NCBI RefSeq assembly: GCF_000143415.4
Contig: NW_003314288.1
Location: 1,364,056 to 1,428,055 of the forward strand
Length of the DNA: 64,000 nucleotides
Direction of reading: 5' to 3'
Source: Selaginella moellendorffii
Lineage: Eukaryota > Plantae > Lycopodiophyta
The position numbers were made by a program, and so were the translations under genes. Positions 13,341 through 23,463 of the stretch are shown here, piece after piece. Position 1 is the stretch's first letter, and every line of letters starts with the position of its first letter. The notes under the pieces are model-generated. The model made no database searches, was not told the DNA's origin, and saw nothing but the letters and a program-made list of their open reading frames with translations.

Positions 13341-15060
13341 AATAGCAATGAAGCGCTATACTATTTTGTCTAAGCTTGCTATTGGAAGACTTGGGTTACA
13401 ATGCTCAATTCTTTTCCGGGGTATTGCTCTTTTGAGTAGTTTGGTGTTGGATTAGTGTTGAGTTTGGTCGGATAGAGAGTGGTATAAGCTTGTCCATGTT
13501 GTGAACAAAAGTTAATAGTGTTCAGTGTTGTAAATCTCTATCGGTGGAGTGTGGCATTTATGTTGCATTTTGGCACTTGATACCCACATAAACCTTTGAA
13601 GTAATGACATTGGCATTGCTTATGGTGTTGCTCAATTGATGATCAAGTCATTGCGATACTTATATCATATCTATGTGATAGTGAGCAATGTGATTACGAA
13701 GTTGCTTGGTTAAACGATGATCAACCCCAAAGTGGTTGATAGTGAAGCTAGTCTACTTGCACGTAGTAACATTATAGTAGCTTTGACTGGATTCTCGATG
13801 GTGGTCCATTATGCTAAGCTTAAGTTGGTACCTTATTTCCTTGAAAGTTTGCCCATAAGGTGTTGGAAAAGGGTTGTAGCATTCACTTGCTATAGCTTGT
13901 TGATGAATCTGTTAACATTTAGAGTAGATTTTTGGATTGAGAAGATGTGAAGTTTGAGGCATTGACATCGCTAGCACTTGTGTTAGTGGAAGTGGCATTG
14001 TTGATTTAAGTGATAAGGAATTTTCTTTAGAGCTTGATTTTCTATGTCATTTTTCTTGTTAGTGTTTGGGCTTCACATTGGATCTTGAAGGTGGTTGAAA
14101 AAAAGTGTTAGTGCAATATGGATATCTAAAAATGTGGTCTTTGTGATCAAGCCTTGGATGTTCATTTTGCATTTTGAGGATGTCAATGTTGGATGTCGGA
14201 AAAATAGGCAAAGATGTTCGATGCTTGAGCATACTATGGGTCATGAAAATTTGTATTGAGGTATACCTATTTGAAGTTATTAGTAAGAAGAAGTTGGTTT
14301 GAGTCTTGAAAGTTTGTATTCCTGGACTAAGAGTCATTCTTTCTCTGGGATGGAAAGTTTTCCACAAATTTTTCTTAGACTTTTCCAATGGCTGATCTGT
14401 TGGTCACTTTGCTTGAAAACCATTCTGTTTTCATAAGCTAATACAAACTAGTGAAAAGGTTGAAGTTGACTTCAGTTGACTTAGATCTTAGTAGATAGTT
14501 TGTATGATGCAACCCAAAAGGGATGCTAACTTTTAGGGCTAAGGCAATTGAGTTGGATAGAGTCTGGAGTTGGTGTAAAAAAGTGGCTGTTACACTTTTC
14601 TAAAAAGGGTGACCCTTGTGCCTTTTTTCTATAGCATTTTGCTTGGTGGCAGATTGCACCTTGCATTTCGTTAAACTCTATGAGAGTGGTGAGCTCTCAC
14701 TGATCTTGACTTAGTCTTGGTGGCCCTATACCTTAGTTGAGGATGGTGATGTCCAACTTAGTTGTTTGAGTTTTAGATGTTAGTATCCATATTATAGCTT
14801 TGTCTAAGTGGAGGTTGTGTACCAATATGAGTCCATCTCATGGTTTTCACTTGAGTTTTGACTTAGTGTTGATCATGTATAACTAGCCTCTTCAAGGCAT
14901 GCTCAGAGCTATTGACTAGACGTGTTAGTGAGCTTATTATGGTTGAGTTGGATTCAAGTAGTCATTTAGTTTGTGCTTGTCCATAAACCTTTATTTTGTG
15001 TCTGGGATATTATGTTCATATTGGACAACTATATGACTTGATGGCATGAGTTTAGTGTTG

Positions 15061-15084
15061 AAGCTCTATTTCGTTAAAGTGGGA
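15061..15084 (+). repeat. Left terminal inverted repeat
   Basis: Reverse complement of 27888-27911, with one mismatch at position 2. Confidence 0.92.
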
Positions 15085-15502
15085 ATTGTCATTATCCCAC
15101 CTATAAAATAAGGTTTCCAAACCTTTATATAGTATATAAATATAACAAAATTCAACTGCATTGAGGCACATGCCATTTTATTTTAAACAAGGAAATGTCT
15201 ACTCAATCACTTCTCCTCCCCTTGCCACTGCTTCACCTCTCTCTTCTCCTTGTCATTGTCATCCAATTTCTTTCCATCCTTTTAATATTGGCTGAGTTGC
15301 TCCGAGTCTAGGTGGAGCCCAAGTCCCCATTCAATCTTTACTTTCCCCTTATTAATAAAACAACTTCGTAGACTTCCAATAACATGCTGTAACACTTCTA
15401 GTATAATGCAAATCCTCTCAAAGAATTGTCTTTTAATATTAATACAATGGCATGGAAACCCATGCCATAATAAGTTACATTTTTAAATAAATACATGCCA
15501 TC

Positions 15503-18500
15503 TTAGACTGTTATTTTTTGCCTCCAACGCCTATACAATAATCTTGGAATTTCATCACTCTCCACACTATTAGGATTTAAGCCCAATAGTAATGCCATCT
15601 CTTCTCTAATACGTCCACACTCATGTTCAGTGGTCAAAGAACCCATCCGGTTGAGCAGATTATGGAGATGCGGATAGTGCTTGGCTAGACAATATACATG
15701 CCATAAATGATGACTGGTGTCTGTCCAATCAAATGGCTTCTGATATACTGTTCCATCTGCCATTTGGTTGATTTCTGCAACCACCTCCTGGACTAGCCAG
15801 TTCTCTATCACCATCGCTCCAAGCCGTTTTGCAAGGTCCCCCAGAACATACGGTTTCTTCTCCTTAGTTTCCATACTGCAAGAGATGGGGTGCACTGCAT
15901 ATGTGTGCGTGTTCACTGCAGTTTTAATCGGCGAGTCATCGATGATGAGGATTTCACTTGACCTAGTAGTCCGGTTCATCACTATAGCCTCTGGCTTGAC
16001 GAAGATGGGCTTGCTACCCCTCACATGGACCATAGTCAAGCAATCCTCCTGCGTTAGGAGAAAGTCAAATGGTAATATTACTCGCATCTGATCGTGTATC
16101 ATCTGTAGCAACGTTAATGTATTGTGGCGCATCATGGATGTCCAAACTCCCAATTGCAAATTGAACCCGGCCCTCTGTTTTAAGTGTCGCATGGTCATTA
16201 TTAGATCCCGCAGTTTCTCCCGTATGATTAATGTGAATTTGTCTCTTTTGACCAACTTGCGACCGCAGGCTTTGGAGGGTGCAGTGACATTCGAGGACGA
16301 GCCACGCTCATGGGAGAAAAGGACACCGTTCAGATCAAAAACGATACAGTACCTTCGCTGTGACTCTGAAATGAAATGCGTCAGCATAAAAAATGGTACA
16401 AGTCAATTTTACCATCTACAATATTAGCGAATGGTGCTCCCAATGGTCGTTGAGAGGGTTTTGGTCGAGGAAACGTGAAGGGTGGAAATACTCTCCTTTG
16501 CAATGTGGGGTCAATCGCATCCGATGGCGTGTGGGCACATGCCATTTCAGCTGTAGACTCTGGTACAACTGGCTCAACAGTGGCATGGGGTGGTTCTGAT
16601 GGCATGTGATCACACGCCATTTCAGCTGGTGCCTCCGTTGGCAAAGTGGACATGACCGAACAAGCAGCAGGGGTGGTGTAGGGAGGTTCCAATGGCGCGT
16701 AGTCAGACGATTGGGCACACGTTGAGTCCGTTGGAAATGAGGATATGACCGGCTCGGCGGCTGGGGCGGCCTCATGCGGGTCCAATGGCGCCTGGTCACC
16801 GTCAGTTGGATACGTGGACAAGATTGACTCAATGGTATGGGCAGCATCAAGTGGAGCGTGGTCAGCTTGCTTGGCGTTGATATGGATAGTAGCCTCCACC
16901 AGCTCTGATGACTCTTGCAGGCAAGTAGAGTCCACTAGTGGATCCATATGCATATCCAAATATCTCCCTTCGATTGAGATGGTATCCTCCCGTGCTACTA
17001 AAAACAAACTCATTAGCACATTGAATCGACTATACTGTATTTACCATCAACTGCTATTGAGGAAATAGGACCGATATCACTTGGGCACACTGCTGATTCT
17101 GAAGGATTGGACATACGTTTCGACCCTTGCTTGGCACTATCCTTCCTCGACACTAAAGGCTAGAGTTTGTATCTTAATTCAACTAAATAATCTCTACTTA
17201 CCATTTAATCTGTGACCTACATGGACAATGTTAGAAATGGTAAAAGGTTAGGAATGGATGTACTATTATTTACCTGATGGTTTGTCTTGTATGACCTTCC
17301 TCCGCTGCTCTTTGGCCACCTCAAGCTGGCCATCGTCGTCATCATCGTCGTCATCGTTATTGTGATCGTCACCATTGTGAGGACCATCCAAGTCCTCTTC
17401 GTCCTCCTCCTCTTCGTCCTCCTCTTCTTCGTCCTCCTCTTCTTTGTCCTCCTCTTCGTCCTTCTGCTCTTCCTGCTCATTATCTTTCTCTGGCTCCTCA
17501 TCCCCCTCCTGCATTTCTTCCATAGGCTGCTCAGGCTGGATGGCTTGTTCTTCCAGGACCATCTTGGGAAAATCATCTGCCCGAGTCTCCATCTCAAAAT
17601 ACAAGACATCCATAGCCTATTTTAGTGCGTGACCTAGGACCGTATCCTCACCCGACTGTCTTAACATGGTTTCTGCATGTTCTTGCACCCTTCGAAGACG
17701 ACGAGATGAGAAAAACGTGGCCCTAACTTGAAAAGCATCCCTCATCCATTGTACCTCTCCATTGAGATTGGGGAAGGGGAGTCCGCCATAGGAATCTGAG
17801 TCAGGAGGTGGTGACTGGCTACTTTCACTCAGCCCTTGATCTGCAATGAATGGCATGAGCACACACGCCATAACCGCGAGGCATTACCTATCATCTTTTC
17901 GTTGCCCTTCTTCCTTTTCGAATCAAACGCCTCTGATCCCGACGACTGTCCAACGTGCTTTCGCTTTTTATGACCACTGTCAGTTTGAGCTTGGCTGGTG
18001 CTTGCCTGTTTTGCCTTTGAAGAAGTGTCTCCTGCAAGGAATGGCATGAGACCACACGCCATTGCAAATATAATTTGTACCTCCTTTTTTCCTATTGCTT
18101 GTCTGTTTGTCCTTCTTCGACGCGCCACCAGTGCGCTTTTCAGTCCTCGTGTCTGAATATTCACAACGATCTATAATCAAAATGGCGTGAGGCCTCACGT
18201 GACCTTACCTTGTGCAAGTTGTGAGCTCGGCCCAACATGGGTATCTTCAATAGTAGCTGTTAACGCCGTTTCAGCATCTGGGGGTGGCCACGCTCCTGCA
18301 TACAGAGCTTGTGAGATAACATTTAAACTTAAAGTGCGTACTCACCAGGTTCGTAGAGAAGATACTGTTTTTCTTTGGCAACTGTAATTATATGTTCCAT
18401 TGAAGTCACCTCTTCAATGGAGTTTGTCACCGCAACACACGGGACACCCTTGAGTAGTGCGGCTCGAAAGAATAGTTTGCCACAGTTGTACTCGATAACG

Positions 18501-21124
18501 CATTTGCCCTTGGAGTCACCCACTATTGCGTTGAAGACCCAGCTGAGCATTTCCCATGCTGCACCTGGAGCTTTCTCTGGATTCGAAAGCTCCATAGCCG
18601 TCTTCAGTTCCTCAGGCACGGGTAAATTGACCTCCCTCAGATCAATTCGATCGGCCTTGTCGAACGAAGCTGGGAAGTCACTCCAGTCCCACTTTGCTGT
18701 AGGACCAATAACAAGGGCAAGTGTGAAGATGCGGACATTCGTCGGTATCTTCTTCTTAGCCATTATCCCATGGATCTCCCGCATCTCCTTGCCTTTCAAC
18801 CGAGCCTTCACCTCGTTCAAGGCCTTCCAGAACTTGTGATAGGATTCGGAGTTGTAGATCATATAGTGGACTGAAGATTCCACCTCCGCAAGTCCCACCA
18901 TTAAGTCAATGATGGAGCTGACTTCGTCTGCATGAGTGATCTCCTCGTTTGTGAAGTCCATCACACAAAAGATGTTCTTGACCTGCTCATCTCTGCGGGA
19001 AACGATGCTCCTCCACCTTTGATCCTCATCCGAATTCACGTATACCCGGTAAGGTTCTCGATAGGCCTCTGCTGCGGGGTCAAGCTGTTTCTGAAGCCGG
19101 CGGTCGACATCCCTCTTAATGAAATTTGGATATTGATCCAACTTCTCAGCTTTACTTTTCGTGGCATCCCGCAGCAGATCGATGAACTTGGGGGCCCCCT
19201 TCATGTACTCGTCGATGTCTTCATTTGACAACTCCAGCTCTTCCATCATCTCTTGCGTGGTGTCGATGCTCACCCTCTCCATGGCCACTTGCTTGAAGAT
19301 CCAATCCTTCAATAGCACACGAGCTCTCAAAGTCGTGCACAAGTCCTCGTATGTCACAATATGGCCGGGAGTCATTTTGGTCTTGTTGAAGACTACCTCA
19401 CCATGTAGAAGAGCATTAGCCACTGTCAGAAGGTCGTCATCATCTAGAGACCGCGAGAAACACAAGGCGTTGAGCTTCAAATCATTGGGCTTCCGACTGT
19501 CCTCCACACCCATTGAGTTTAGCAACTCCCCGTCATAGTACCTCCTCAGCACATCTACCCATTTGTCAAAAACAACTTTTGTTGTGAGTAGAATGTTATG
19601 GATGCTGAGTGTGTCATTGACCCCCAGTGTTTTCGAGAGAAGACTCGAGAATTCCTGCAATGGAAATGGCGTGAGGCCACATGCTATGCCACATGCAACG
19701 AGGCTTACCTGCCAGACGTTAGTTGCTAGTGCACGTCCTTGTCCTGGTTTTGTGGCTTCTTCAATTGAACCCAGAGCTTCCGTGTTCGTGCCAATGTCTC
19801 GTGCAGACCCGATTTGTAGCACGTTTCTTGCTTGACATTCTGCACGTGGGAGATGTATATGATAGATCGGAGGGGCGAGTTGCCTTTTATCAGGCGGACA
19901 ACTCTTGTCTTGAATCCTTCACCTCCTCACCCACCATAATATCCACAACTATCTCTTGCATCGCCAAGCTAGAATGCTGCCCGGAGACGGCATAGAACCG
20001 GATGTTCTGATCATTCAACACCTTCCTATTGATCAAGTCTGGAAACCTCGTCTCGCCCTTCATTGTTCGGTAGTAGGGGATCACGTCTGCGATGTCGGGT
20101 GTTACTGGACTTGCCAACATCTTCTGCTTCAGTTTCTCCACCCACTCATCAGATACTAGCCTGTGGTTGTATTTGCTTTGGATGTCGATACGGCTCACGT
20201 CGATTGTATATACTTTGTTGGAATAGTAACAAGTACTATTATCTGCGACGATTTTTGTTGCCTCTTCTTGCTCTTTCTGCTATTTGCGGCTCTTCTTTTT
20301 GGTGGGTGTAGTGTTCAAACCAGAGGCAATGGCATCACCGAGTAGCTTCTTTTTTGGAGCAGGAGAGTCGGACGTCGGCTTGAGCTTGACCACCCTTTTC
20401 TGCTTCGGGGTAGTTTCCAGATCGACCCCCTTCCCCTTCGCTTCGCGAACTGGAGGCACTCTCAACGGCTCAATGTTGGAATATAGTTTTTGAACATCGC
20501 CGTAGGTGAGGTCCGTGGATTCCATGTGATCTTCATAGACCCGCAGCGTCTTTGAAATTGTGGGCCTCCTAGACAACCTCTCCCTAGCTCCCTCTAGGAA
20601 TTCCTCATAGCCGCTGCCCGCCTCCGGGAAGCCGCTAGGATGTGCAAGGTGGACCTTGAAGGCGGACGCTGTCTCTACCACAAGTGCCAGTCCATATTCT
20701 TGCATGGAACTGCATAGAGTGTCTGTCATTTGGATGAGGATCCCCATGCATTCTTTTCTCCCACCATCTGTGTTGTACAGCCTCAGATCCTCGCCTTCCA
20801 TCCCGAAAGTCCAACTGATGAGCTCCTCCCCCTTCTCTGCATCCACATTGACAGTGGCTGGAAGAAGAACGCAATTCCTCGCCTGTTCAGAAATGCACAA
20901 CAATTAGAGCTAACAGATGGAAAGCTAGCAACTGGAAATAATGTGAGGCCACACGCCATTCACCACTGCATCAGATGTCTTGAGGCTGCATCCTAAGATG
21001 GCGTGAGGCTACATGCCATCTGTAACCGGACTGCACTCGAGAGCCCAATCGGTGCATGCCAATGTTGCTACTGAATGGCATGTGGCCTCATGCCATTTTC
21101 TACTTGGCCTAAAAGACTTACCAT
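15503..21124 (-). pseudogene. Multi-exon transposon accessory gene: ParB-like domain + degenerate N6/N4-MTase-like fold + acidic linker + FCP1/NIF-like HAD domain (disrupted copy)
   Basis: ATG at 21124-21122. GT-AG introns at 20883-21121, 19655-19708, 18296-18345, 18171-18208, 18032-18080, 17841-17887, 17217-17273, 17153-17201, ~16995-17044 and 16366-16412 join the minus-strand ORFs in frame to the stop at 15503. In-frame TAGs at ~20280 and ~17617, and frame disruption at ~19740-19900. HAD motifs CIVFDLNGVLF and IIDDSP. Confidence 0.7.
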
Positions 21125-22962
21125 TTGAAGCCGAATGGAGGTGTGACAATCGAGGCCAGACTCGCTGGCGAATGTGCGCTGTGTGTGCAGCGGATCGTAG
21201 CAGCAAAGCTACTCTGCCACTTACAGTTGGAGAGTGGCGCTGAAATCTCCCGGGACGCCAAGTGGGCTGCGTGTGGGTGGCGGAGTGGGCGGCGGAGTTG
21301 GCGGCAAAGTTACAAACTGGGTGTGTCTTGAAGTGGATGCCGATGCACATGAGCGCGATGCGAGCGCGAGTGTGATGCAAGCGCGAGTGGATGCCGATGC
21401 ACACGAGAAACCTGTAGAGAAGGTAGATGAGCGTGAATGTGAGCGTGATCGTGAGTGGGAGCGCAATGCGAGCGCGAGTACGAAGCAAAATGCAAAACCT
21501 AACCTCACACGCGCGAAATGTCACGACGGTTGGTAATCCCGCAACGTCATCATTCCTCGGACTTGGGCGCCACCATTAATTTCTGGATCGCCGCGCGCAT
21601 GCATGCACGTGAAATCCAAAAAAAATCTGCAACGTCATCATTCCTCGGACTGCATGCACACGAAATCCAAAAGAAAGATCATGATTGGGATATCATTTAA
21701 TACCCTCGCTATATTTATACCATGCATGATTGGATATTCCAAAGCATCTTGTATTTCCAAAAATGCCAGATGTTCAGCTAAATAAAGAATGGTATACAAT
21801 GTCCTTCTTGATGACCCTGCAAAGAAGCATCTAGATCGGACACCACATGAGACCACACGAGCCTTACAATGTTTCAGAGGCATTTGCCATAGATCCGACC
21901 ATTATTTTGCTCCAAGATTCTACAGTTTGGTGTGCATTGACCTTTCCATCGACACTGCAAAGGGACATCACAATCAGATGCGGGATCACAAGAAACCAAA
22001 TTCACTAACTCTAGTTTCACCAAGATCTACGTAAGGAGTTATGAAATGAAAGGACCCTCTCTATTGAAATGTGTTTATGGTCCTAGAGGCATTGTGACAT
22101 ATCAAAGGATTTTGCATCAAGTTCTGTATTTGCATGTTTATCAAGCTACTAAATTGCTAAACCCTAAACATGTGGCAAATGCTGCGTGAAGAAAGATGCC
22201 CTTTCTGGGCAAATGCTGTAAGATGCAGATGCCAAGCAGATGTATCTCAGGCTAGCGAAGGGGACAAACAAAAGCTAGCTATAAACATGACGGGATGCAA
22301 ATAGATTACTAGGCTGGTCTTGCGAAAATCAAAAACCATAATTGAAAACATTGAAAATGCAAAAAGAAAGGTTTATAATATTTTTGAATTTTAAGCAACC
22401 AAAGGAATGTAAGTTGGGCATGTGTTTGTAAGTTTAAAAATGCCTCAACCACTTAAATTCCCAAGTAAATAAAGCTGTTTCTATTTTTGGTACAGGTAAA
22501 CTTTATAGCGTGTGGGCTCATGCAATTTTGAACCCAAAAATGCACCAAAAAATGCTCGACTAGCATTATTCTTTAAATGGCGTGTGGCCTTATATTGCCA
22601 TAAATGGACGTACACACACAGCATAATTATTCCTTTACACGGCGAATAATCTTGGCGCGGATCGCTGACATGGCATGGCAAAGTTCGAATCACTGACATG
22701 GCACAGCTGGATCGAGGCAAGGACATGATGTGACAAAGTTCAACCTCCGACAGCAAAGTCTAGAAGCTACTCAGTTTGAAATTTGTCAGAGGAATCATAA
22801 GATCTGGTTTGTCAGAGGATTTGATGTGACGTTCAAGCATATGTTATTTTTGAATTCTCGAACTCATTCCTAGGTCTATCATTTTTGTGTGTCATATTCT
22901 TGGTTCTGCTGAGCGCAGTGAGCATTGCTTGTGTAAGCGGAGTTGTGAGCTGTGGTTTATGC

Positions 22963-23100
22963 GTCTACGAGCGGTTGCGGCATTGCGAGCGCCATTGCAA
23001 GCGGCAGTTTATGTGAGTGGCAGTTTGTGCAAGCGACGCTACGAGCAGTTGCGGTGTTGCGAGCGGCGCTACGAGTAGTTGCGGTGTTGCGAGCGGCACT
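22963..23100 (+). repeat. 27-bp minisatellite upstream of the transposase
   Basis: GCGCTACGAGCAGTTGCGGTGTTGCGA-type units at ~23036 and ~23066, plus a diverged unit at ~22963. Confidence 0.6.
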
Positions 23101-23463
23101 ATCTTTGGTGTGGCTACCGCTTCCTCTTGATATTCGGCACTCGTGCTTCCTGGTATGTTCACCATGGAATGGCTTAGGACCACATTTAGAAATGGCATGA
23201 GGCCACATGCCATCTTGGGCCCTTGCAATTTCATGGCTAGCGTATTGTCATGTATGTTTTTACTTGCCTGCAGCTGTGTGTATATCAAGATGGCATGAGG
23301 CCTCATGCCAATTTTGTGAATGCGAAATTTCACGTGGGTGTCAATAGCATGTTTGAATAATGGCATGTGGCCTCATGCTATTGAGGTTGTTTGGTATGTT
23401 ATGATTTAGGCCATTCTCCAATCATTTTTTGTATGGTCTTAACTTCTTTTCTGCACTTTTAGA

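Noticed and set aside
15056-15060. Alternative 5-bp TSD TGTTG for the DNA transposon
   Set aside because: It would make the two TIRs asymmetric by one base, whereas a 4-bp GTTG gives symmetric 24-bp ends. Other copies are needed to settle it.
21009-21536. Overlapping ORFs of 60-171 aa
   Set aside because: Low-complexity GC-rich repeats in the presumed 5' UTR/promoter; no recognisable domain.
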